Assembly: GCA_016939335.1 (NCBI GenBank)
Contig: JAFGHC010000033.1
Coordinates: 1 to 53,716 of the forward strand
Source: Candidatus Saganbacteria bacterium
Lineage (GTDB): Bacteria; Margulisbacteria; WOR-1; O2-12-FULL-45-9; XYB2-FULL-48-7
Direction: 5' to 3'
Length of the DNA: 53,716 bases
Every line of letters begins with the position of its first letter. Position 1 is the first letter of the stretch. Below, piece by piece: positions 27,077-36,456 of the stretch. Both the position numbers and the translations under genes were made by a program. Below the pieces are notes generated by a model. The model was not told where the DNA came from. It did no database searches and saw only the letters and a program-made list of their open reading frames with translations.

Positions 27077-30000
27077 ATGATATATATCCAGACCAACGGC
27101 TATTTGCTGCCTACTTTGCTGGCCGCGCACAGGCCGTCGGCCAGGCCAGTCTCTGCTCCAGCCAATGATATTTTCACTGATCTTGAGATCGAGCCAGAGG
27201 AATATATTCAAACCAAAAAAGGCCTGACCCGCTTTATGAAAATCCTGGGCCAGAAAGACACTTCCACCGAAGACCTGGCGCTGGAAGGAGAGACTATTTC
27301 CTGGCTGACCAGCCGCGAGCTCGGCTACCAAATCATGGCCGATCGTGACATGTTCGGTGTTTTCCAGGAAGATTTTCAGAACTTTCTCACTTACGAGCAG
27401 GCCCAGCGGCAAATTGCGGAAATACCGGATGCGCCTGATATTTCCGAGAAAGAGATCCGCGCCATGGTCGCCCGCACGCATTTCTGGCTCGCCAAAGTCG
27501 CCCTGATCCTGGCCAGCGACCTGGGCAACCCGGTCTCCCGCCTCTTCCTCAACCTGAAGTTCAAGGGGACGGAGCAGTTTGTTTTTGGGCTCGATGAAGC
27601 TATTCCGGACAAGGCCATCTTCAGCAATGAAGAAAAGCTGAGGATTCTTATGGCCATCTACAAAAATTTGATCAACAACGACAAACTAAATTCAGAGCGT
27701 GTTAAAGATCCCCGCCTGGAAGCCGAGTGCCTCCTGGCGCAGCATGAACTGCGCTCACTCGACCCGAAATTGCTTCCCGCCGCCGACCTGGCGGCAGTCG
27801 AGGCCAAATTGGACAAAGTTATTTACGACAATCGTCTCGGGGTGAAAGGCAAAGACAAGGAACTGCCAGAGTATATTAGCAAAAGGATCGCCGACCAGGG
27901 CTATAGCAAAAAGCTTAGGGGCCCCGACTGGCGGGGCGATAAGATGCGCCTCAAGGAATCGGCCCGCTATCTGGCAGAGGCCAAGCAGCTGAAAGCCCGG
28001 CTGATCCTGCTCAAAACCAATTACAATCAAGCCGATTTCGGCCAGAAGATGCTGGAGGCGCGGAAATTGCTGGAAGACGCGCAGAAGCTTGCGGGCGATT
28101 ATGCCGGTGATCCAGCGCCGATCAATGCCGCCCTGCGCAGCCTTGGCAAACGCCTCCATCTCGATCTCCGGATCAATCCTGACCACTACAGCACTACGAG
28201 CGACGCGCTCAACCTCCTCTCACTGGAACATATGAAAGCCGAGATAGATTACAAGCTGGGGCTCTTTTATCTCCCTTCACAGCCCGAGCTGGGCAAGACC
28301 AAGCTGGCCGCCGCCGCGCGCTCCCAGCAGAAGATCAATCGAATGCTCTCCGCCATCCAGGCTAAATACTTGTTGAAGAAGGAAAATCATAAAAGGGATG
28401 CATGCCCCGATCTCACCGGCAACCGCTCCGATGCGGCCTGCTGGGCAAGCAATACGTATCTCTTCCGGAACACGCAGCTTGGCGCGGGCAAAATGCTCCT
28501 GGCGGACATTTATCTCGCCCGGCCGGACAACCAGAGACAGAACACCGAGCAAGCGGTCGCTCTCCTGCAGGAAGTGCTCGATTCTATCGCGCCCGGCCAA
28601 GATTTGTCCGTCCACCAGGCGCGCGGCCTCGACACCGTCCGCCTCCGCCTCAAGCTGACCAACGCACTGCTCCGCCTGCGGCCGTCGGACCCGCAGGGGG
28701 AGAGAGACAAGATCGCGCGGGCAAGGCGGGCTCTCACCCCGCTGCTGACCAACAATTCACCTTATGCCCAACGGCTGGCGGGTTCAATCCAGCTGGCGCA
28801 CGCCAAACTGCTCCTGGCCGAATACAATTTGGCCGAGACCGACGAAGGGAAAGCCAGAAAGGCCCTCAAATTGCTCGACGATATCATCACGCGCGCCCGG
28901 CCGCATGGCGAAACCGGCCCCACCCCGCCCAACCTGCCGCCCGGCCAGCTGCCCAACCACGGCGCCGTGGAAGACTACGAACTCTCGAGCGCCTATCAGC
29001 TCCGGGCCGAAATTTATTACAACGTCTTCGACGACCAAGAAAAGGCGGCCGCTGATTACCAGGCGGCGCTTGATGTTAATGCCCAGCCGAATTATTTTGC
29101 AGGGCTCGGACTGGCCGACATGGACAACTGGCGCGGCCTCTACCCCCGGGCAGATGAGAATTACGTCCGGTTGATCGACCCGCTGGTCCCGAGCAACGTC
29201 AGATTGCGCGCCGAACTCGGCCGGGCCGAAGCCGCCCTGCGCGCCAAGACGCTGCAGCAGGGCGCGGATACGGCCAGGGAAGCGGCCACGGTCATCGCCA
29301 AGGCCAGCGAAATACTTAAGAACTCGGACGAGACCTATCTGATCGAGCGCGCCCTCGAGTCGATCATCGAAGCGATCATCGCCAGCGAGAAAGAGAGCAA
29401 ATCGTTCGCGGCCGGCGATCCCCGGCTGCCCAAGCTGGCCGAGTTCCGTGACAGTTTTCTGAACGGCGACTTCGACCTCAATAAGTATCTGGGAGAAGGG
29501 ACCGCCCTCGGCCGGGTCGGCTTGAAAGAGAAAGACCGGATGGACCTGCTGCTTACGCTGGCTGACGGCTTCCTCTTTACCAACAACTATGATGAAGCTC
29601 AAAAAGATGAAGCTCAAAAACTGCTGGAGCGGGTGGACCGCCAGGGCAAAGGGAAAAAGCTCCTGGCCGCCTACCCGGCCCTCAAGGCCCACTACCTGCT
29701 GACCGAGGCGGAACTCCACCTGCGCCAGAACGATGAGAAATTCCCCGTCATCCAGCAGCTGCGCGACGCCGGCCGGATCCTTTTCTCGCTCCAGGGGCGC
29801 AAGCGCGACTCTTACCTGTGCGCCCGGGTGGTCCAATCGCTGGTTGACGCTTATATTGACGCGACCGAGTTTGAGAACGCGCTGGCGCTGATCTTCACCG
29901 CGCAGGGAGGAAAGGCCGCCGCCGAACTTGACCAGCTCAAGACCGGCGTGCTCGACGCGGACCTGTGCCGGACGGCCGTCCGGCAGGCCGAAGAGATCGT

Positions 30001-31456
30001 TCAGGGAGCCGACCTCCGGGCGATCTACAAGAGCAAACGGCTGGAGCCGAAATGGGCGCGCTTGAACCTTGACCTGCAGATCAAACTGGCCGAACTGCTC
30101 GTCTGGACGAAGAATTTCAGCGAAGCGGCGGCACTGGTCAAGATCAGCTTAAGGCCGGCGCAGAACAAACTCAACAAGCTTCAGCAAGCCAAATTACTGC
30201 TCGTCCAGGGCAATATCGCTGCGCGATCCAATGACGATGAATTAGTCCAATCATTGTGGCTCCAGGAGAACATAGCCGAGGAGCTCAAAGACGAATTCAA
30301 ACTGGCCAAGTATTTTTATCTTGCTGCCCAGGACAAACTCAATGATCTGCCCGAAAAAAAGGAGACGATCATGGTCCGCGCCGAACTCCTGTACAACCTG
30401 GGCAATATCCACCGCTACGGCCCCTCGATCAAGAACTTTGACACGGCGCGCGCGTATTATAAAGATGCCGAAAAAGCGGCCAAAAAGATCGAAGGGAACT
30501 ACAAACTGCGGAACTATTACCTGGGCGGCATCAAGCTCGGCCTGACCAAGATCTCCGAGGAAGAGGACGAGAACAAGCTGGCGACCTGGGACAAACTGCA
30601 AAAGGCCAAAGAAATAATCGATCCCGCGCTCGCTGCCGGCAAGCTCCTCAAGGAACCGGAACTCCCTGCCGAACTCGACGCCACCTACGCGAAACTCGCC
30701 CCTTACGCGCTGGCTTCCGTCAAAGTCAGCGGCGACACTTTCCGCGGCGGCGACAACCGCACCGAGTCCCAGCTCAAGATTGAGGGCGAAGTGCCGCTGA
30801 CGCGTCATCTGCACCTGCTGGTCAACGAGCAGATAGACGCGGCGGACGGGACCCTGCTCTATTCCACCTATGCCGGGGTCAAAGGTCTCCTGGGCGCGGC
30901 AACCCTCTCCGGGCAATTGAAACTCAGCACCGGCGGCGACGGCCAAAGCATGCTTTATTACCGCCGGCCGGAATTGATGCTCGACTTCTCGATCTGGCGG
31001 AAATCGATGACCGCAGGATTGGCCGTCAAGCTCAACCGTCTCGGCCAGGACACCGACCTCGCCGATCCTCTGAATTCCGTTTACGGGTCTCTGGCGTACA
31101 ACGTAAACGCGTTCGGCCTCGACCAGCTGCAGCTCATCTGCAAATTAAATTACTTCCACTATTTCTATTTCGGCGACCCCCAGCCGCGCTTCTCGTCCAG
31201 TCTCGGCGTTGACAAGGTCTGGAACGTCAGCAATTGGTTCCAGCTTCAGGCGAGCGCCGGCTGGCTGATGTATTCATCCCAGCAGGGGGGCGGCGACCGG
31301 AAATGGACCGAGTGGAAGGCCGACGGCGGCGAGGGTAAGATCGGCCTGCGCATGAGTCTCGGCCGCCACATTAACCTCGAGGCCGCCGGCTCGTACCAGT
31401 ATACGCCGGAATACCCGATCTGGCTGTTCACGCTCGGGATTACCGGGACAAGATAA
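27077..31456 (+). CDS. Long TPR-like solenoid with a C-terminal predicted outer-membrane beta-barrel (BcsC/PelB-like architecture)
   Basis: TPR-like repeats (AEIYYNVFDDQEKAAADYQAAL; LLYNLGNIHRYG...ARAYYKDA). The last ~250 aa are amphipathic strands (SQLKIEGEV, YSTYAGVKG, SVYGSLAYNV, GKIGLRMSL, LEAAGSYQY, WLFTLGI). Confidence 0.65.
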   Translation: MIYIQTNGYLLPTLLAAHRPSARPVSAPANDIFTDLEIEPEEYIQTKKGLTRFMKILGQKDTSTEDLALEGETISWLTSRELGYQIMADRDMFGVFQEDFQNFLTYEQAQRQIAEIPDAPDISEKEIRAMVARTHFWLAKVALILASDLGNPVSRLFLNLKFKGTEQFVFGLDEAIPDKAIFSNEEKLRILMAIYKNLINNDKLNSERVKDPRLEAECLLAQHELRSLDPKLLPAADLAAVEAKLDKVIYDNRLGVKGKDKELPEYISKRIADQGYSKKLRGPDWRGDKMRLKESARYLAEAKQLKARLILLKTNYNQADFGQKMLEARKLLEDAQKLAGDYAGDPAPINAALRSLGKRLHLDLRINPDHYSTTSDALNLLSLEHMKAEIDYKLGLFYLPSQPELGKTKLAAAARSQQKINRMLSAIQAKYLLKKENHKRDACPDLTGNRSDAACWASNTYLFRNTQLGAGKMLLADIYLARPDNQRQNTEQAVALLQEVLDSIAPGQDLSVHQARGLDTVRLRLKLTNALLRLRPSDPQGERDKIARARRALTPLLTNNSPYAQRLAGSIQLAHAKLLLAEYNLAETDEGKARKALKLLDDIITRARPHGETGPTPPNLPPGQLPNHGAVEDYELSSAYQLRAEIYYNVFDDQEKAAADYQAALDVNAQPNYFAGLGLADMDNWRGLYPRADENYVRLIDPLVPSNVRLRAELGRAEAALRAKTLQQGADTAREAATVIAKASEILKNSDETYLIERALESIIEAIIASEKESKSFAAGDPRLPKLAEFRDSFLNGDFDLNKYLGEGTALGRVGLKEKDRMDLLLTLADGFLFTNNYDEAQKDEAQKLLERVDRQGKGKKLLAAYPALKAHYLLTEAELHLRQNDEKFPVIQQLRDAGRILFSLQGRKRDSYLCARVVQSLVDAYIDATEFENALALIFTAQGGKAAAELDQLKTGVLDADLCRTAVRQAEEIVQGADLRAIYKSKRLEPKWARLNLDLQIKLAELLVWTKNFSEAAALVKISLRPAQNKLNKLQQAKLLLVQGNIAARSNDDELVQSLWLQENIAEELKDEFKLAKYFYLAAQDKLNDLPEKKETIMVRAELLYNLGNIHRYGPSIKNFDTARAYYKDAEKAAKKIEGNYKLRNYYLGGIKLGLTKISEEEDENKLATWDKLQKAKEIIDPALAAGKLLKEPELPAELDATYAKLAPYALASVKVSGDTFRGGDNRTESQLKIEGEVPLTRHLHLLVNEQIDAADGTLLYSTYAGVKGLLGAATLSGQLKLSTGGDGQSMLYYRRPELMLDFSIWRKSMTAGLAVKLNRLGQDTDLADPLNSVYGSLAYNVNAFGLDQLQLICKLNYFHYFYFGDPQPRFSSSLGVDKVWNVSNWFQLQASAGWLMYSSQQGGGDRKWTEWKADGGEGKIGLRMSLGRHINLEAAGSYQYTPEYPIWLFTLGITGTR
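29591..29620 (+). repeat. Perfect 15-nt tandem duplication (DEAQK x2)
   Basis: GATGAAGCTCAAAAA repeated twice in frame. Confidence 0.9.
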
Positions 31457-31460
31457 AGTG

Positions 31461-31490
31461 TCCGCCGAAGGCGGATCCGCCTCTGGCGGA
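31461..31490. repeat. REP-like double hairpin / near-palindrome
   Basis: TCCGCC-gaa-GGCGGA-TCCGCC-tct-GGCGGA, just after the stop at 31456. Confidence 0.75.
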
Positions 31491-31514
31491 AAATTTTCAT
31501 AATGAGAAATATAA

Positions 31515-31544
31515 TGAAATTTATTATAAAACCTGACGATATAT
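31515..31544 (+). promoter_or_regulatory. Sigma28-like promoter, copy 10
   Basis: TGAAATTT-ATTATAAAACCTGA-CGATATAT. Confidence 0.85.
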
Positions 31545-31581
31545 ATATGGAAGAAAGGCCTGTGCAACAGGAGAAACGATC

Positions 31582-31956
31582 ATGAACGTCGAGAGAACTC
31601 CAAGAGTTTCACTTCTGCCGAATTTGAGGACGGTGCAGGGTATCCCTGATGCCGTCGCGAATTATAAAATGACGGCTCTGCCGCATTTTTATTCTCTCGG
31701 CCGTCACCAGGGGTCTCGTTTTATGCTTGCCGCCGGCTTGGCCTGGCTCGGCGGCGTGTTTTGCTTGGCCACCGGCATAAGTTTTTACACCATTGCCAGG
31801 GTGGCCGGCATGAGGCTGGAAAAAGCGAGCGTCAACGCGTTGGCCAGGCTGGTCAAAGGTGAGGAAGATAAGCAAATGATCCGCACGAGCATGGCGGAAT
31901 CACCGTTGCGGCCGAGGCTGGAATATCTTTTAGAAAAAAAGGGGGTCGTGATCTAA
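31582..31956 (+). CDS. Small hypothetical membrane protein (124 aa)
   Basis: AGGAG RBS; one hydrophobic segment (FMLAAGLAWLGGVFCLATGISFY). Confidence 0.7.
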   Translation: MNVERTPRVSLLPNLRTVQGIPDAVANYKMTALPHFYSLGRHQGSRFMLAAGLAWLGGVFCLATGISFYTIARVAGMRLEKASVNALARLVKGEEDKQMIRTSMAESPLRPRLEYLLEKKGVVI

Positions 31957-31957
31957 A

Positions 31958-34900
31958 ATGGATATCTTAGGTGTCGCAAAAAAAATCTTATTTACTCCGG
32001 CGCCCAGTCCGTTCGGCTGTTCTGCGCCGCCCGATTCCTGCCTGAACAAAGAAGGGGCCCCGACCTTCGGGCAGACCAAGCGGGTGCCCGACACTTATGA
32101 TTACAGCGACCCGAACCGCGGGCCGGTGACCTATTACATCTACGCCAACAACTGCGACGGCTCGCCCGACGGGATGACCGCGACCGCCGACTTCGCGGCC
32201 GAGGGCGGCAAGGTGACCGTGCCATTCCACAAAGACCAGGACGGCAACAACGCCGCCGTCATCACCCATACGTTCAACTCCGGTTCCGGCGGCAACATCC
32301 CGCTGACGATCACCGGCAAGAACGGCGTGATCTTCTCGACCTATCTTTATCCCCCGACGCCTGCCACCGCCACCCCGGTCACCCATGGGCCGTGTTACTA
32401 TAACCAAGGCAATCCCTCGCTCTCCGGGGCGATCGAAATGGAGCCCAAGCAGCCGGTCGCCGGCCAGCCGGTGACCTTTTCGTACAAGAAACACAACATC
32501 ATCCAGTGCGACGGAAAAACTTACGGCGACGACCCGGCCAGCGCCGTGAAAGCCTATATCATCACCGACCTGTCGGAGCCGGACGCGCAGGCGGCCGGCG
32601 CCACGTCCGACCAGAACGGCGTGATCAGCCGCGCGGTGACTTTTCCCAAAGGGTTCGCCGCCCCGGTTTACGTCAAGGTCATCGATCCGGCGCAGGAAAA
32701 CAGCACGCCGCAGCTCCTGGCCGCCTTCAGCCCGAACTCCGTCTACGTGACCGACAACAGCGCTTGCCAGAACAGCGGCCAATCGGCGGCTCTGACCGCC
32801 GCCGCTTCAACCGGCTCGATCATCCGGGGGGCCGACACCGCGGTCACCTACACCGCCGCCGTCCACGACAGCTGCAACCAGCCGGTGACGATCGACTACG
32901 CCAAGCTCGACCAGTTCTTCCTGCCCGGCTACACCAAAAATTACGACCTTAATTCCCTTACCCTGACCGTCACCGGCATCGTCAGGGACGATCTTTCCCT
33001 GCCCGTTCCGGTGGAAATTCCTTACACCGATTCAACCGGCACCGCCAGCGGCGTCATCAGTTTTTACCCGCCGGTCAGGACCACCCCTTCGCTCATCGTT
33101 CCGCCTGACGGTTCGATCCATATCCAAGAAGAGTTTGTGGTCCTGCTCGACAAGCCGCCCTCCGGCGCCGCCGTCAAAGTGACCGTGACCGACAAACTCG
33201 ACGGCGGCAGCGTTCTGTCCAGTTTCGACGGCGCTTCGGGCCTGCTCCGCGTGGCGCAAAGCGGCGTTTATTTCGTCAAGGCGACCGTCACGCCGGCCGG
33301 CGACCTCCCCTATGACCTGGAACCGGTCAAAATAACGGCTTACCAGCAAAGCACCTGCCAGAATGGCGGACAGCCGATCGCTTTGGCCGCCGCACGCTCG
33401 CTCGACACGATCACCCGGGGGACCAGCGCGCCGGTCACTTTCACCGCCACTGCCGTCCACGACAGCTGCAACCAACCGGTTGTGTTCGACGCCGCCAAGC
33501 TCGACGAAAAACTCGCCCAGCTCTTTTTACCCGGCTACAAATTTAATTACGACAAGACCAACATGACCGTGACCGTGACCGGCGTCATCAAAAATACCCT
33601 CCCCCTCCCCAGCCCGGTGGAGATCCCTTTCACCGACGCAGCGGGCGCCGCCGCCGGCACCATCAAGTTCTATCCGCCGGCCGTCAATTCGCCGAAGATC
33701 GTCCTCCCGTCCAGCCCGGTCCACACCGGCGAAACTTTTGTCGTCTCCATCAGCCCGGAGATGACCGACGCCGATGCCCGCCTGACGCTGACCGACCGGA
33801 ACGGCAATCAGTTAGCCGACCCGGTCGAGGCTTTTTCCGCCAGCTTCGCCGCGGAGCAGAGCGGGACCTTCAAGATCAAGGCGACCATTACCCCGAGAAA
33901 CGGCGACGCGCCGTACGAGCTGTCGGACGAGATCACCGTTTACGACAGCGCCTGCACGAATAACAGTCAGCTGGGGACGCTGACCGCCGCGCGCTCGGCC
34001 GAGACGATCGTCCGGGGGGCCAACACCACGGTCGCTTACACCGCCACCGGCGTCCACGACAGCTGCGGCCAGCCGGTTGTGTTCGACGCCGCCAAGCTCG
34101 ACGAAAAACTCGCCCAGCTCTTTTTACCCGGCTACGAATTTAATTACGACATGACCAACATGACCGTGACCGTTACCGGCATGATCAGGGACGGCGCTTC
34201 GCTCCCCAACCCCCTGGAACTCCCCTTCAGCGACCAGGCAGGCAAAGCCACCGGCGCCATCAATTTCTACCCGCCGACCCGGCTCACTCCCGTGATCAAG
34301 GCCCCGGCCGACCCGCTCTATATCAATCAGGCCTTCACGGTCTTCACCGAGCCGGCAATTGACAGCGGCGACGCCGCCATCGTCCTGAACGTGATCGACC
34401 CGAACGATCCCGGCAAAGTCCCGCTGGCGACCCTCGGCTCTTCCTCGGGCCAGTTCACTATCGCCAAAAGCGGCAATTACAAGATCACCGGCACCGTGAC
34501 CCCGGCAAACGGCGACATCCCCTACGACCTGGAGGGGGTCAACATCACCATATACGACAACACCTGCAAGAATAGCAGCCAGCTCGGGACGCTGACCGCC
34601 GCGCGCTCGGCCGACACGATCGCCCGGGGGGCCAACACTCCGGTCACTTACACCGCCACCGGCGTCCACGACAGCTGCAACCAGCCGGTCACGATCGACT
34701 ACCCCAGGCTTGACCAGCTCTTCCTGCCCGGCTACGCGTATGCTTACGAAGAGAGCGCCATGACCTTTACCGTGACCGGCGTCATCAGAGACAGCGTTTC
34801 ACTGCCCAGCCCCCTGGAAATCCCTTTCACCGACCGGGCAGGCACAGCCACCGGCGCCATCGCTCTTTATCCGCCGACCGTGATCACTCCCAAGATCGTA

Positions 34901-36082
34901 ACCCCCGCCGGCGCCCTTTATGTTGAGCAGGTCTTTACCCTCTCGATCAATCCGGTCGTGGCCGGCGCCGCCCCGCTGCTCTCGATCACCGATCTGGCGG
35001 GGAACGAGATCAGCAGCCTTGACGTGTTCTCCGGCAATTTCATCATCCACCAGAGCGGCAATTTCAAGGTCACCGGAAAGATCTCTCCCGCCAACGATTC
35101 GCCCTACGACCTGGCGCCCGTCAATATAACCGTCTACGACAACACCTGCAAGAACAACGGCCAGCTGGTCAGCTTGACCGCTTCACGCTCGGCCGACACG
35201 ATCGTCCGGGGAACCAACTCCCCGGTCACTTACACTGCCACCGCCGTCCACGACAGCTGCAATCAGGCAGTGGTGTTCGACCCGGCCGATCTTGCCAAAT
35301 TCAACCAACTCTTCCTGTCCGGCTACGCGCAACCGGCCTATAACACGACCGAGATGACCTTTAACGTCAGCGGGGTGGTCAGGGCCGCCCAAACCCTGCC
35401 CAATCCGCTGGAGCTTCCCTTCAAAGACCAGGCGGGCGCCGCCGCCGGCACGATCAGCTTCTATCCGCCGGCCAGGACGATGCCCAAGATCATCGTGCCG
35501 ACCAGCCCGCTTTACGTCGGTCAGGCGTTCGCCATCTCGATCGACCCGGCCGTCGCCGGCGCCTCGCCGCTGCTTTCGGTCCTGGAACTGTCAGGGGACG
35601 AGCTCGCCAGCTTCACCAATTTCTCGAACAACTATTTATCCCTGCCGTACAGCGGGACGTTCAAAGCGACCGGCTCGATCAAGCCGCAGAGCGACGACCC
35701 CTACGACCTCGATCTCGTCTATCTGTCGACTTACGGTTCGCCGCCGGCGGTCGAGAGTTTTGTCCTTTCGCCCGACGGCTGCACGCGCGGCGCGCCTCAA
35801 AGCGAGACCGACCCGATACAAACTTGCGCTGCGCCTTTCATCGTCAATTTTAAACTCCGGGCGGCTTCCACGCTCGGCCTCGCCGGCATCAAGATCAATT
35901 TTGGCGACGGACCGGACGTTAACTACGATCCCGCCGATCTTTTCGACGCGGCAGCGAACGCCTATTTGTTTTCTCACGAGTTCGCTACGGCCAACGCGGC
36001 CACTTATAACGTGACCGGTTCCGTGACCGACATCAATAACCAGAGCGCGCCCATTCCGAGCAAGCCGGTCACGATTTATTAA
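31958..36082 (+). CDS. Large repetitive beta-rich surface protein: five ~200-aa Cys-pair repeats and a C-terminal PKD-like domain
   Basis: Repeat C.N..Q...L.A..S...I.RG....VT.TA...HDSC.Q.V occurs five times; C-terminal INFGDG...SHEF...YNVTGSVTD. Confidence 0.75.
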   Translation: MDILGVAKKILFTPAPSPFGCSAPPDSCLNKEGAPTFGQTKRVPDTYDYSDPNRGPVTYYIYANNCDGSPDGMTATADFAAEGGKVTVPFHKDQDGNNAAVITHTFNSGSGGNIPLTITGKNGVIFSTYLYPPTPATATPVTHGPCYYNQGNPSLSGAIEMEPKQPVAGQPVTFSYKKHNIIQCDGKTYGDDPASAVKAYIITDLSEPDAQAAGATSDQNGVISRAVTFPKGFAAPVYVKVIDPAQENSTPQLLAAFSPNSVYVTDNSACQNSGQSAALTAAASTGSIIRGADTAVTYTAAVHDSCNQPVTIDYAKLDQFFLPGYTKNYDLNSLTLTVTGIVRDDLSLPVPVEIPYTDSTGTASGVISFYPPVRTTPSLIVPPDGSIHIQEEFVVLLDKPPSGAAVKVTVTDKLDGGSVLSSFDGASGLLRVAQSGVYFVKATVTPAGDLPYDLEPVKITAYQQSTCQNGGQPIALAAARSLDTITRGTSAPVTFTATAVHDSCNQPVVFDAAKLDEKLAQLFLPGYKFNYDKTNMTVTVTGVIKNTLPLPSPVEIPFTDAAGAAAGTIKFYPPAVNSPKIVLPSSPVHTGETFVVSISPEMTDADARLTLTDRNGNQLADPVEAFSASFAAEQSGTFKIKATITPRNGDAPYELSDEITVYDSACTNNSQLGTLTAARSAETIVRGANTTVAYTATGVHDSCGQPVVFDAAKLDEKLAQLFLPGYEFNYDMTNMTVTVTGMIRDGASLPNPLELPFSDQAGKATGAINFYPPTRLTPVIKAPADPLYINQAFTVFTEPAIDSGDAAIVLNVIDPNDPGKVPLATLGSSSGQFTIAKSGNYKITGTVTPANGDIPYDLEGVNITIYDNTCKNSSQLGTLTAARSADTIARGANTPVTYTATGVHDSCNQPVTIDYPRLDQLFLPGYAYAYEESAMTFTVTGVIRDSVSLPSPLEIPFTDRAGTATGAIALYPPTVITPKIVTPAGALYVEQVFTLSINPVVAGAAPLLSITDLAGNEISSLDVFSGNFIIHQSGNFKVTGKISPANDSPYDLAPVNITVYDNTCKNNGQLVSLTASRSADTIVRGTNSPVTYTATAVHDSCNQAVVFDPADLAKFNQLFLSGYAQPAYNTTEMTFNVSGVVRAAQTLPNPLELPFKDQAGAAAGTISFYPPARTMPKIIVPTSPLYVGQAFAISIDPAVAGASPLLSVLELSGDELASFTNFSNNYLSLPYSGTFKATGSIKPQSDDPYDLDLVYLSTYGSPPAVESFVLSPDGCTRGAPQSETDPIQTCAAPFIVNFKLRAASTLGLAGIKINFGDGPDVNYDPADLFDAAANAYLFSHEFATANAATYNVTGSVTDINNQSAPIPSKPVTIY
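32750..35740 (+). repeat. Five intragenic ~595-nt repeat units
   Basis: GTCCACGACAGCTGC recurs at about 32861, 33454, 34052, 34663 and 35246. Confidence 0.85.
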
Positions 36083-36103
36083 CTACTGTTAGTCTGGCCT
36101 GTT

Positions 36104-36137
36104 AAGCCCTCGGGATTTTCCCGGGGGCTTTTTATTT
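36104..36137 (+). terminator. Rho-independent terminator
   Basis: AAGCCCTCGGGA-ttt-TCCCGGGGGCTT-TTTATTT downstream of the stop at 36082. Confidence 0.85.
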
Positions 36138-36145
36138 CCAATATT

Positions 36146-36372
36146 AAGGGGCGATGAGGGCCAATGAAGGCCCGTAAAGGCTATTAATGGCTGATGGCTA
36201 AAAGGAGAAAGAAGGCTTATGGCAGAGAAGGCAAATACGTATCTCCGCCTTTAAATGCCTTCAGCCTTCTCTGCCTCCAAAGCCTTAAGCCCCCAAAGCC
36301 CTCTTTGCCCTAAGCCTTCTTCCCACTTCATGGGCCGTCATGGGCCCTTCTTAGCCCTCTCCCATAAATCCC
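36146..36372. repeat. ~230-nt intergenic imperfect inverted repeat built from AAGGC / GCCTT micro-repeats
   Basis: Nested pairings 36159-36169/36326-36336, 36209-36219/36311-36321 and 36221-36232/36264-36275. Confidence 0.7.
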
Positions 36373-36381
36373 AAAAAAAAG

Positions 36382-36411
36382 TGAAATTTCCGCCAGGACC
36401 TGCCGATATAT
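36382..36411 (+). promoter_or_regulatory. Sigma28-like promoter, copy 11
   Basis: TGAAATTT-CCGCCAGGACCTGC-CGATATAT. Confidence 0.85.
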
Positions 36412-36456
36412 TAATGTAGGGGAGTATCCCCTTGCATAACCATAGGAGGAAGCAAA

